Origin: Roseateles sp.
Lineage (GTDB): Bacteria > Pseudomonadota > Gammaproteobacteria > Burkholderiales > Burkholderiaceae_C
Assembly (NCBI GenBank): GCA_046294815.1
Contig: JBKBOJ010000001.1
Location: 17,380 to 81,379 of the forward strand
Length of the DNA stretch: 64,000 bases
Direction: 5' to 3'
Shown piece by piece: positions 43,350 through 52,470 of the stretch. Numbering within the stretch: position 1 is the first letter of the stretch; every line of letters starts with the position of its first letter. The position numbers and the translations under genes were made by a program. Under the pieces are notes generated by a model. That model worked only from the letters and a program-made list of their open reading frames with translations. It made no database searches and was not told where the DNA came from.

Positions 43350-43484
43350 AAAGTACCCCGTACCGGCTGACGCCGGCCCCGCCCGTGGGGGCACTGCCCG
43401 CGGCCCGACGCCGCCGCTTCCACGGCAGTCGCACGATGATGCGGCGTGCTTTGCACGGCCGCATTTTTTTCATGGGAGACGGTG

Positions 43485-44273
43485 ATGGATCTGGGATTGA
43501 CGGGACGCTGGGCGCTGGTGTGCGCGGCGAGCAAGGGTCTGGGGCGCGGCTGTGCCGAGGCGCTGGCGGGTGAGGGCGCGAACGTGGTCATCACGGCGCG
43601 TGGCGAGGCGGACCTGCTGGCCACGGCCGCGGCCTTGCGGGCGCTGAACCCGGCCGTGCAGGTGCGGGCGGTGGCCGGTGACATCGCGACGCCCGAGGGC
43701 CGCGCCGCCGCGCTGGCGGCGTGCCCGCAGGTGGACATCCTCGTCAACAACGCCGGCGGGCCGCCGCCGGGCGACTTCCGCGACTGGGACCGTGCGCAAT
43801 GGATCGCCGCGCTGGATGCCAACATGCTGGCGCCCATCGAGCTCATCAAGGCCACCGTCGATGCGATGGCCGCGCGCGGGTTTGGCCGCGTCGTCAACAT
43901 CACCTCGGCTGCCGTCAAGGCGCCCATCGACATGCTGGGCCTCTCCAACGGTGCGCGATCGGGCCTGACCGGCTTCGTCGCCGGCCTGGCCCGCCAACCG
44001 CGGCTGGCAGGCGCCAACGTGACCATCAACAACCTGCTGCCCGGCGCCTTCGACACCGACCGCCTCAAGAAGAACTTCGCGGCCGGCGCGGCCAAGGCCG
44101 GCGTGGACGTGGACGAGATCGCGCGCCGCCGGCGCGCGGCCATCCCGGCCCAGCGCTTCGGCACGGCCGCCGAATTCGGCGCCATCTGCGCCATGCTGTG
44201 CAGCGTGCAGGCCGGCTACCTGACCGGCCAGAACATCCTGCTCGACGGCGGCGCCTACCCCGGCACGTTCTGA
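43485..44273 (+). CDS. SDR-family oxidoreductase
   Basis: MDLGL.G..ALVCAASKGLG, NNAGGPPPG, SNGARSGL, YLTGQNILLDGG. Confidence 0.9.
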   Translation: MDLGLTGRWALVCAASKGLGRGCAEALAGEGANVVITARGEADLLATAAALRALNPAVQVRAVAGDIATPEGRAAALAACPQVDILVNNAGGPPPGDFRDWDRAQWIAALDANMLAPIELIKATVDAMAARGFGRVVNITSAAVKAPIDMLGLSNGARSGLTGFVAGLARQPRLAGANVTINNLLPGAFDTDRLKKNFAAGAAKAGVDVDEIARRRRAAIPAQRFGTAAEFGAICAMLCSVQAGYLTGQNILLDGGAYPGTF

Positions 44274-44275
44274 CC

Positions 44276-46636
44276 ATGCATTGGCTCAAGCGCATCTGCC
44301 TCGGCGTCCTGCTGCTGCTCCTGCTGCTGGTGCTGGGCCTGTGGCTGACTCTGCGTGCCAGCCTTGCGCAGCTGGACGGCGAGCGTCGCCTGACGGGCAT
44401 GGACGCGCCGGTGGAGGTGATGCGTGATGAACGCGGCTACGTCAGCATCAGCGCCGAGAGCCGCTTGGACGTGGCGAGGGCGCTGGGCTTCGTGCATGCG
44501 CAGGAGCGCTTCTTCCAGATGGATCTGATGCGGCGCAACGCCGCCGGTGAGCTGGCGGCGCTGGTGGGCGTCAAGGCACTGCCGCTGGATCGCAGTCGTC
44601 GGCTGCACCGTTTCCGCCACCGCGCCGAGCAGCGCGTGCAGGCGCTGCCGGCCGACGAGCAGGCGCTGCTGGCCGCCTATGCGGCCGGCGTCAACGCCGG
44701 CCTGGCGGCGCTGGGTGCCCGGCCGCCTGAGTATCTGCTGCTGCGCCAGCCGCCGCAGCCGTGGGTGCCCGCCGACACCCTGCTGGTGGCCTATGGCATG
44801 TACCTGGATCTGCAGGGCGCCCAGGGTCGCGACGACATCGCGATGGGCCTGCTGCATGCCGCCGTGCCGGCCGATTGGTATGCCTTCCTGACCCAGCACA
44901 GCGCCGACTGGCAGGCCGCGCTGGACGACAGCCGCGTTGCCGCCGTGCCGCTGCCGGCCGGGCCGCTGCCCGAGGTGCTGCGCGCCGCCCGCACGGCCTG
45001 CAGCGACTGCCGGCTGCGCGACGCGCGCGACCTCGGCAGCAACAACTTCGCGGTGGCCGCGGCGCACGGTGCGCACGGTCGCGCCATCATCGCCGACGAC
45101 ATGCACCTCGGCCTGCGCTCGCCCGGCACCTGGTTCAAGACCCGCATGGCCTGGACCGATGGCACCGGCCCGCACGACCTGGCCGGCCTGACCCTGCCGG
45201 GTGTGCCGCTGCTGGTGGTGGGCAGCAACGGCCGCGTTGCCTGGGGCTTCACCAACACCACGTCGGACTGGGCCGATGTGGTGCTGCTGCAGCTCAACGC
45301 GGCCGGCACGCATTACCTGGCCGGCGGCACCGAGCGGCCGCTGCGGCGTGTCGTCGAACGCATCGCGGTGGCTGGTGAGGCGGCGGTGGACCACGAGGTG
45401 CTGGAAAGCGAATGGGGCCCCGTGCTGCCCCACAAGGCGCCGGCCGGCCAGGCCTATGCGCTGCGCTGGGTGGCCCACGACGCCGAGGGCATGAACCTGC
45501 GCCTGCTGCAGCTGGAGGCCGCGGCGGATGTCGACGCCGCCGTGCGGCTGGCCGCCGGTGCCGGCCTGCCGCACCAGAACCTGCTGGTGGCCGACGCCAG
45601 TGGTCGCATCGCCTGGACCGTCATCGGCGCCATCCCCCGCCGCGTCGGCGGCGACGACCCGGACCGGCCCCAGGACTGGCGCGACGGCCGCTCGCGCTGG
45701 CAGGGCTGGCTGACGGCTGCCGAGCAGCCGCGGGTCGTGGACCCGGCAGACGGCCGGCTGTGGACCGCCAATGCGCGCATGGTGGGCGGCGCGGCGATGA
45801 AGATCGTCGGCAACGGCGGCTGGGATCTGGGCGCCCGCGGCCAGCAGATCCGTGACGCGCTGCGCGCCCACGAGCGGCTGGACGAGGCCGGCCTGCACGC
45901 CATCCAACTGGACCACCGCGCGCTGTTCCTGCAGCGCTGGCGGGCACTGCTGCTGGAGCGGGTGCTGACGCCCGAGTTCGTCGCTGCGCAGGGGCTGGCC
46001 GACTACCGCGCCGAGGTCGAGCGCAGCGCCGACGCCGCGCGGCCTGACGCGGTGGGCTATCTGCTGGTGCGCACCTTCCGCGAGCGGGCGCTGGCGCAGT
46101 TGTTCGCGCCGCTGGCCGCGCTGATGGAGGCCCATGGGCTGAAGGCCAGCGACCTGAAGCTGGTGCCCGAGACGCCCGGCTGGGCGCTGATCCAGGCCGC
46201 CCGGCCCGACACCTTGCCTGCGGCCTTCAAGAGCTGGCCCGACTTGCTGCAACAGGCCGTGCTGGACAGCCGCCGGCAGCTGATCGAGCGGCACGGCAGC
46301 CTGGCCGCGGCCACCTGGGGCGCCGACAACGACACGCGCATGCGTCACCCGCTCAGCGCGGCGCTGCCCATGTTGTCGGGCTGGCTGGACCAGCAGAGTC
46401 AGGGCATGGCCGGCGACAGCCATATGCCGCGGGTGCACAACCATGGCCACGGCCAGAGCCAGCGCATGGTGGTGTCGCCGGGCCATGAGGATCGCGGCCT
46501 GCTGGTCATCCCCGGCGGTCAGAGCGGCCATCCGCTGTCGCCCTTCTACCGCAGTGACCACCCGGTCTGGCTGGCCGGCGAGTCGCTGCCCTTCCTGCCC
46601 GGCCCAGCACGCCATCGGCTGGTGTTGCGCCCCTGA
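44276..46636 (+). CDS. Penicillin acylase / AHL-acylase family Ntn hydrolase (S45)
   Basis: N-terminal anchor, GFVHAQERFFQMDL.RR, cleavage site G|SNNFAV, DMHL, AWGFTN, TAN, PGGQSGHP.SPFY. Confidence 0.9.
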   Translation: MHWLKRICLGVLLLLLLLVLGLWLTLRASLAQLDGERRLTGMDAPVEVMRDERGYVSISAESRLDVARALGFVHAQERFFQMDLMRRNAAGELAALVGVKALPLDRSRRLHRFRHRAEQRVQALPADEQALLAAYAAGVNAGLAALGARPPEYLLLRQPPQPWVPADTLLVAYGMYLDLQGAQGRDDIAMGLLHAAVPADWYAFLTQHSADWQAALDDSRVAAVPLPAGPLPEVLRAARTACSDCRLRDARDLGSNNFAVAAAHGAHGRAIIADDMHLGLRSPGTWFKTRMAWTDGTGPHDLAGLTLPGVPLLVVGSNGRVAWGFTNTTSDWADVVLLQLNAAGTHYLAGGTERPLRRVVERIAVAGEAAVDHEVLESEWGPVLPHKAPAGQAYALRWVAHDAEGMNLRLLQLEAAADVDAAVRLAAGAGLPHQNLLVADASGRIAWTVIGAIPRRVGGDDPDRPQDWRDGRSRWQGWLTAAEQPRVVDPADGRLWTANARMVGGAAMKIVGNGGWDLGARGQQIRDALRAHERLDEAGLHAIQLDHRALFLQRWRALLLERVLTPEFVAAQGLADYRAEVERSADAARPDAVGYLLVRTFRERALAQLFAPLAALMEAHGLKASDLKLVPETPGWALIQAARPDTLPAAFKSWPDLLQQAVLDSRRQLIERHGSLAAATWGADNDTRMRHPLSAALPMLSGWLDQQSQGMAGDSHMPRVHNHGHGQSQRMVVSPGHEDRGLLVIPGGQSGHPLSPFYRSDHPVWLAGESLPFLPGPARHRLVLRP

Positions 46637-46705
46637 TCCAAGCGACTCCGCGCGCCGCCAGGCTGGGCACAATCGCCGCGTCAAACAACGCGGAGGGACA
46701 GTGCG

Positions 46706-47647
46706 ATGGACAAGACCCTGGTCGTGTGGGCGATGGCAGGCCTGGCTTCAGTGGCGCAGGCACAGGAGGCCGGCTCCACCGTCGAGAAGTGTGGCAAGAA
46801 GCTCGGCGTGCTGGCGGTGGCCGAGCCGCAGTACGGCTGGAACCACTTGTCGCAGTACGGCCTCGGCTCGCCCGCCGCGCTGCTGCGCATGATGGTCCAG
46901 CAGTCGGGCTGCTTCGACGTCGTCGAGCGCGGCCAGGCCATGCAGAACATCCAACAGGAGCGCATGCTGGCCGAGGCCGGCGAGATGCGCCAGGACGCCA
47001 ACATCGGCAAGGGCCAACTGCAGGCGGCCGACTTCGTCATGACGCCCAACGTGCAGATCGGCGCCAACACGAGTGGCGGCCTCGGCGGCTTTCTCGGCGG
47101 CAAGCTGGGCGTGCTGGGTGCCATCGCGGGCGGGCTGAAGTTCAAGGATGCCTCCACCAGCCTGCTGCTGGCCGACGTGCGCTCCAGCATCCAGGTGGCT
47201 GCGGCCGAGGGCAAGGCCAGCAAAATGGACTTCTCCATCGGCGGCTGGGGCTTCGGCGGCGGTGCCGTCGGCGGCCTGGGCGGCTACACCAGCACCGCCG
47301 AGGGCAAGCTCATTGCGGCCAGCTTCCTGGACAACTACAACAAGATCGTGCTGGCCATCCGCGACCAGGAAAGCCTGGTGCGCAGCAGCAGCGCTGCCGG
47401 CGACGCCAATGCCGCCGCCTCCACCAAGGCCGGCGCGCCCGTCAACGCCGGCCAGATGTTCGTCGCCAAGATCGCCAACGTGAAGGTGTACGCCTCGCCG
47501 TCGCGTGACAGCAAGGTGGTTGCGACGCTGAGCCGCAGCGACGAACTGGTGGCCAGCGGCGACGTCAAGGACGGCTTCATCCACGTGGACGCGGCCAACT
47601 TCAGCGGCTGGGTGCAGCGCACCCTCGTCACGGCGATCTCTCGCTGA
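46706..47647 (+). CDS. Exported CsgG/HfaB-like protein with a C-terminal SH3-like domain
   Basis: Signal peptide, QQSGCFDVVERG, Gly-rich segments, C-terminal SH3b-like VYASPS...GWV. Confidence 0.7.
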   Translation: MDKTLVVWAMAGLASVAQAQEAGSTVEKCGKKLGVLAVAEPQYGWNHLSQYGLGSPAALLRMMVQQSGCFDVVERGQAMQNIQQERMLAEAGEMRQDANIGKGQLQAADFVMTPNVQIGANTSGGLGGFLGGKLGVLGAIAGGLKFKDASTSLLLADVRSSIQVAAAEGKASKMDFSIGGWGFGGGAVGGLGGYTSTAEGKLIAASFLDNYNKIVLAIRDQESLVRSSSAAGDANAAASTKAGAPVNAGQMFVAKIANVKVYASPSRDSKVVATLSRSDELVASGDVKDGFIHVDAANFSGWVQRTLVTAISR

Positions 47648-47653
47648 ACCGAC

Positions 47654-48385
47654 GTGAGCGCCAGGATTGCCCTCGTCACCGGCGCTGGCTCCGGCATCGG
47701 CCGCGCGGTGGCGCGTGCTTTGGCCCGCGAGGGCTGGACGCTGGCGCTGCTGGGCCGCCGCGCGGCGGCGCTGCGCGAGACGCTGGAAGATGCGCTGCAC
47801 CTGCCGGCCGACGTGGCCGACGAGGCGCAGGTGGACGCCGCTTTCGCCACGCTGCAGCAGCGCTTCGGTCGGCTGGATCTGCTGTTCAATAACGCCGGCA
47901 TCAGCGCCATCGGCGTGCCCATCGACGAGCTGCCCGTGGCGCAGTGGCGCGCGGTGGTGGACACCAACCTGACCGGCAGCTTCTTGTGCGCCCGTGCGGC
48001 CTTCCGGCTGATGAAGGCGCAGCAGCCGCGCGGCGGCCGCATCATCAACAACGGCTCCATCTCGGCGCATGCGCCGCGCCCCAATTCGGCGCCGTACACC
48101 GCCACCAAGCACGCAATCACGGGCCTGACCAAGTCGCTGAGCCTGGACGGCCGCGCCTTCGACATCGCGGCGGGTCAGATCGACATCGGCAATGCCGCCA
48201 CCGAGATGACCGAGAAGATGGCGTCGGGCATGCCGCAGGCCAACGGCCAGATCGCCGTGGAGCCGCGCATGGACGTGCAGGACGTGGCGCGTGCGGTGGT
48301 CTACATGGCCAGCCTGCCGCTGTCGGCCAACGTGCAGTCCATGACCGTCATGGCCACGGCCATGCCTTTCGTCGGCCGTGGGTGA
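47654..48385 (+). CDS. SDR-family oxidoreductase
   Basis: [26 protein letters not shown]. Confidence 0.92.
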   Translation: MSARIALVTGAGSGIGRAVARALAREGWTLALLGRRAAALRETLEDALHLPADVADEAQVDAAFATLQQRFGRLDLLFNNAGISAIGVPIDELPVAQWRAVVDTNLTGSFLCARAAFRLMKAQQPRGGRIINNGSISAHAPRPNSAPYTATKHAITGLTKSLSLDGRAFDIAAGQIDIGNAATEMTEKMASGMPQANGQIAVEPRMDVQDVARAVVYMASLPLSANVQSMTVMATAMPFVGRG

Positions 48386-48405
48386 GCAGCGGCAGAATCC
48401 GGCCC

Positions 48406-48672
48406 ATGCCGCTGATCCGCATGCTGTTGCGCCTGCTCATCCTGGTTGCCGGAGCCGTTTTGGCCCTGGTGTTGTTCGTGTTTGCCGTGCTGGCCTTTGC
48501 CGCGCTGCTGCTGGTCAGTCTGCTGCGCGGCCGCAAGCCCGGCCTGCAGTTCCGCATGAGCAAGAACCCTTGGGCGCCGCGCCGCGCGCCGGCGCAGGAA
48601 GACGTGGTCGACGTCGAGGCGCGCGAGGTCAAGGACTTGGGGGGCTTGCCCCTGCAGCCGCCGCCTCGCTGA
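48406..48672 (+). CDS. Small membrane hypothetical protein
   Basis: Long hydrophobic N-terminus and a C-terminal DVVDVEAREV motif. Confidence 0.65.
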   Translation: MPLIRMLLRLLILVAGAVLALVLFVFAVLAFAALLLVSLLRGRKPGLQFRMSKNPWAPRRAPAQEDVVDVEAREVKDLGGLPLQPPPR

Positions 48673-49363
48673 CGCGCGGCGGCACCAGCTCCACCGCACC
48701 GTACCAGGTCCGCGCCGACGCGCGGTTGTTGTCGCTGTCGGTCATGACTGCCATCGAGGTCAGCGGCCCGGGCTCCTCGCCGAAGGCCAGCCGGAAGTCG
48801 GCTGCCAGGTCGCGCCGGTGGTCGCGCCAGCGGCGCAGCTGGCCCGGGCCGGAGTCGACGACGATCTTGCGGATGCGGTCGCTGCGCGGGTTGACGACCA
48901 CGGTGCCCACCGGCAGCTCGCTGTCCCACACGTACATCAGCGTGGCGTAGGGCGGCGCCTCGCCGGTCAGGGCCTGGGCCAGCTCGAACTTCATGCGCGT
49001 GCGCAGCGGCAGCTTGTCGACGTTGCCGCCGAAGCCGAAGATGACCCGCGCCACCGCGTCCTCGCGGTCGATGTCGGCCACGCTGGCGTTCTTGATCAGG
49101 CCCTGGGCCCACCAGGAGAAGCTGACCTCGCCGACTTGCTCCAGCGCCGGCTCCAGGCGCTTGCGCCAGATGCTGGCCGAGCGGTCGGCGGCGGCCTCCA
49201 GCGCGGGGCGGCCGTCTTTCTCGGTCCAGCTGTACCGCGTGGGTTTCTTGCCGGGCAGGGGCAGCGGTTGCCAGCCCTCGCCAGCGCTGGGCGGCGTGAT
49301 GCGGGGGCTGCCGCAGGCTGCCAGCAGTGCGGCGGCCGCGAGGGTCAGGAGCGCCGTCTTCAC
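48629..49363 (-). CDS. DUF3047-family lipoprotein
   Basis: Lipobox LAAC, PYATLMYVWD, RDLAADFRLAFGEEPG, MTDSDN; GTG start 49363. Confidence 0.85.
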   Translation of the reverse strand: MKTALLTLAAAALLAACGSPRITPPSAGEGWQPLPLPGKKPTRYSWTEKDGRPALEAAADRSASIWRKRLEPALEQVGEVSFSWWAQGLIKNASVADIDREDAVARVIFGFGGNVDKLPLRTRMKFELAQALTGEAPPYATLMYVWDSELPVGTVVVNPRSDRIRKIVVDSGPGQLRRWRDHRRDLAADFRLAFGEEPGPLTSMAVMTDSDNNRASARTWYGAVELVPPRVSEAAAAGASPPSP

Positions 49364-50262
49364 CAGGTCTTGCGTTGCAGTTCTTCGAGGATCTCGCAGT
49401 AGATGCGGTAGCGGCTGGCGCTGATCAAGCCCTGTTCGAGCGCCGCACGCACGCCGCAGCCGGGTTCGTGCACATGTGAACAGTTGGCGAAGCGGCAGTG
49501 GGCATGCTCGCGCAGGTCGGGCATGAAGCGCCACAGGTCGGCCGCAGCGATCTGGCCCAGGCCGAACTGCTGGAAGCCGGGCGAGTCGATCAGCGCAGTG
49601 CTGCGCGTCGCATCGGTCCAGTACCACTGCGTGGTGGTGGTGGTGTGGCGGCCGGAGTTCAGCGCCTGGGAGATCTCGCCGACCTGGGCCTGGGCGTCCT
49701 GCACCAGCAGGTTGATCAGCGTGCTCTTGCCCGTGCCGCTGGGGCCCAGCACGAAGCTGCGCTGGCCCTTCAGCCAGGGCATCAGCGTGGCGCGCGAGCC
49801 CGCGGGGTCGGCCTTGAGCGCGACCTCGAAGACCGTCAGGCCCATCGCCCGGTACGGCGCCAGGCGTCCGCGGGCCGCGTCTGCGCCTGGCAGGTCGGTC
49901 TTGTTCAGCGCGATGGCCATGCGAATGCCGGCCGACTCGGCCGCGATCAGCGCTCGCGCCAGTTGGCTTTCGCTGAACACCGGCTCCACGGCCACCAGCA
50001 CCAGCATCTGGTCCAGGTTGGCGGCAAAGCTCTTGGTCTTCCACTCGTCCTGGCGGAACAGCAGGTTGCGGCGCGGCTCGACGGCCTCGATGACGCCTTC
50101 GTCGCCGGTGTCGGCAAAGCGCACCAGGTCGCCGACGACGGCATCGCTCTTCTTGCCGCGCGGGTGGCAGACGAGGCGGCGGCCGTCGGCGTCCTCGACG
50201 ATGTAGTGGCGGCCGTGGCCGCGCACCACCAAGCCCAGGTGCAGCGCCTGGAATTTGCTCAT
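49360..50262 (-). CDS. rsgA: Ribosome small-subunit-dependent GTPase
   Basis: NKTDL, GPSGTGKSTLIN, GRHTTT, DSPG, CRFANCSHVHEPGC. Confidence 0.96.
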   Translation of the reverse strand: MSKFQALHLGLVVRGHGRHYIVEDADGRRLVCHPRGKKSDAVVGDLVRFADTGDEGVIEAVEPRRNLLFRQDEWKTKSFAANLDQMLVLVAVEPVFSESQLARALIAAESAGIRMAIALNKTDLPGADAARGRLAPYRAMGLTVFEVALKADPAGSRATLMPWLKGQRSFVLGPSGTGKSTLINLLVQDAQAQVGEISQALNSGRHTTTTTQWYWTDATRSTALIDSPGFQQFGLGQIAAADLWRFMPDLREHAHCRFANCSHVHEPGCGVRAALEQGLISASRYRIYCEILEELQRKTW

Positions 50263-50594
50263 GCGGGCGTTGCTTCGGGCAGCGCGCTCACCTGGGCGGC
50301 GCAGATCGCGTCGTTGAGCGTCAGCCCGCCGCGCGAGTGGGTGGTGTAGCTGACCGTGCAGGCGTCATAGCTGACCAGCATGTCGGGATGGTGGTCCTGC
50401 GCATGGGCGATCTCGGCGACCGCGTTCACGAAGGCCATGACCTGGTAGAAGTTGTCGAAACCGAAGCGGCGCGCGATCAGCTTGCCCTCGGGGTCGGGTG
50501 TCCAGCCGGGCAGGGCCGAGAGCACGCGTTGGCGTGAGTCGGTGTCCAGCAGCGGGGCCTTGGGGTCACATTGAGCGAGCAGCAGATTCATCAT
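50259..50594 (-). CDS. phhB: Pterin-4-alpha-carbinolamine dehydratase
   Basis: AHAQDHHPD, TTHSRGGLTLND.ICAA. Confidence 0.92.
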   Translation of the reverse strand: MMNLLLAQCDPKAPLLDTDSRQRVLSALPGWTPDPEGKLIARRFGFDNFYQVMAFVNAVAEIAHAQDHHPDMLVSYDACTVSYTTHSRGGLTLNDAICAAQVSALPEATPA

Positions 50595-51862
50595 GACGCG
50601 AGGGCGGCCAGCCGTTCGGCCGCCGGCGGGTGGGAGTAGTAGAAGCGTGCGTAGACGGGGTCGGGTGTCAAGGTGCCGGCGTTGTCCTCGTGCAGCTTGA
50701 GCAGCGCGGAGGACAGGTCGGCGCCGCTGGCCTGGGCGCTGGCATAGGCATCGGCCTGGAATTCGTCGCGGCGCGAGAAATGGCTGGCCAGCGGCGTCAC
50801 GAAGAAGCCGAACACCGGCCCGGCCAGCAGGAACAGCAGCAAGGCCAGCGCGTCATTGGGCGCGTCCATGTTGGGCTGCACGCCCAGCGCCAGGTAGAAG
50901 GCCGGCTGTTGCGCCAGCCAGCCCAGCAGCGCCAGGCCGGCCAGGCTCATGACGAAGGCCAGCGCGATGCGCTTGGCGATATGGCGATGTTTGAAGTGCC
51001 CCAGCTCATGGGCCAGCACGGCCTCCAGCTCCGCGCCGCTGAGCTTGGTCAGCAGCGTGTCGAAAAACACCACCCGCTTGGCCGGGCCGAAGCCGCTGAA
51101 GTACGCATTGGCATGGGCCGAGCGGCGGCTGCCGTCCATGACGAACAGGCCCTTGGCCGCAAAGCCGCAGCGCGCCATCAGTCGCTCTACGCGCTCCTTC
51201 AGCGCGGCATCGGCGAGCGGCTCGAATTTGTTGAACAGTGGCGCGATGACGCTGGGGTAGATGACCATGACGAGCAACTGGAAGCCCATCCAAGCCACCC
51301 AGGCCCACAGCCACCACAGCGGCCCCATCGCGCCCATCAGCCACAGGATCAGCGCCAGGATGGGCAGGCCCAGCACGGTGCCCACCAGCAAGCCCTTGAA
51401 CATGTCGGCGATGTAGAGCGGGAGCGTCATGCGGTTGAAGCCGAAGGCCTGCTCGATGCGGAAGATGCTCCACAGCTCCCAGGGCAGATCCAGCAGGCCA
51501 GCGATCAGCAGGAAGGCCGCCACCAGCCCCAGCTGGTAGCCCATGTCCTGCCAGCCCTGCGGAAGCGCCCGGCTGGCTTGCAGCACCCAGCCGTTCAGCG
51601 CATCCAGCCCGCCCAGCAGCGTCCAGCCCAGCAGCGCGGCGCCGTTGAAGGCCAGCGCCAGCAGGCCGAAGCGGGCGCGGGCTACTGTGTAGTCGGCCGC
51701 CCTCTGGTGGGCCGACAGCGTCACGCTGCCTGCAAAGGCCGCCGGCACCTGGCCGCGGTGGGCGGCGACATGGCGGATCTGGCGCGACAACAGCCAGAAC
51801 TTGAGCAGCAGCGACAGCGCGAGCGCGACAGCGAACGCGACGGACAAGGGCAGGGGAGACAT
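50591..51862 (-). CDS. M48-family (Ste24-like) membrane metallopeptidase
   Basis: DGSRRSAHANAYF.G, AHELGH (HExxH), EFQADAYA, YSHPP..ER. Confidence 0.92.
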   Translation of the reverse strand: MSPLPLSVAFAVALALSLLLKFWLLSRQIRHVAAHRGQVPAAFAGSVTLSAHQRAADYTVARARFGLLALAFNGAALLGWTLLGGLDALNGWVLQASRALPQGWQDMGYQLGLVAAFLLIAGLLDLPWELWSIFRIEQAFGFNRMTLPLYIADMFKGLLVGTVLGLPILALILWLMGAMGPLWWLWAWVAWMGFQLLVMVIYPSVIAPLFNKFEPLADAALKERVERLMARCGFAAKGLFVMDGSRRSAHANAYFSGFGPAKRVVFFDTLLTKLSGAELEAVLAHELGHFKHRHIAKRIALAFVMSLAGLALLGWLAQQPAFYLALGVQPNMDAPNDALALLLFLLAGPVFGFFVTPLASHFSRRDEFQADAYASAQASGADLSSALLKLHEDNAGTLTPDPVYARFYYSHPPAAERLAALAS

Positions 51863-51912
51863 GGGCCGAAGTTTAGGCTGCGAGAATTCCACCTCTTACG
51901 CGTGAGCCCACC

Positions 51913-52470
51913 ATGTCCGACACCCTGACCCTGAGCGAGAACAACCTGATCTGGATCGACCTGGAGATGACCGGTCTGTATCCCGACACCGACCGCATCA
52001 TCGAGATTGCCGTCGTCGTCACCGACGCCAACCTGGACAAGCGTGTCGAGGGCCCGGTCTTCGCCGTGCACCAAAGCGACGAGACCCTGGACAAGATGGA
52101 CGCCTGGAACAAGGGCACGCACGGCAAGAGCGGCCTCATCGACCGAGTGAAGGCCTCCACCGTCACCGAGGCCGAAGCCGCCGCGCAGACCATTGCCTTC
52201 TTGAAGCAGTACGTGCCCAAGGGCAAGAGCCCCATGTGCGGCAACAGCATCTGCCAGGACCGCCGCTTTCTGGCCAACTACATGCCGGAGCTGGAGGCCT
52301 TCTTCCACTACCGCAACCTGGACGTCTCCACGCTGAAGGAGTTGGCCAAGCGCTGGAAGCCTGCCGCGCTGGAGGGCTTCAAGAAGGCCCAGGCCCACAC
52401 GGCGCTGGCTGACATCCACGAGTCCATCGACGAGCTGGTGCACTACCGCACCCACTTGCTGGCAGTCTGA
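51913..52470 (+). CDS. orn: Oligoribonuclease
   Basis: [46 protein letters not shown]. Confidence 0.97.
   Translation: MSDTLTLSENNLIWIDLEMTGLYPDTDRIIEIAVVVTDANLDKRVEGPVFAVHQSDETLDKMDAWNKGTHGKSGLIDRVKASTVTEAEAAAQTIAFLKQYVPKGKSPMCGNSICQDRRFLANYMPELEAFFHYRNLDVSTLKELAKRWKPAALEGFKKAQAHTALADIHESIDELVHYRTHLLAV

Noticed and set aside
48629-48672. 44-nt convergent overlap between the small membrane protein and DUF3047 genes
   Set aside because: Short tail-to-tail overlaps are routine in GC-rich genomes, and no functional signal was seen.
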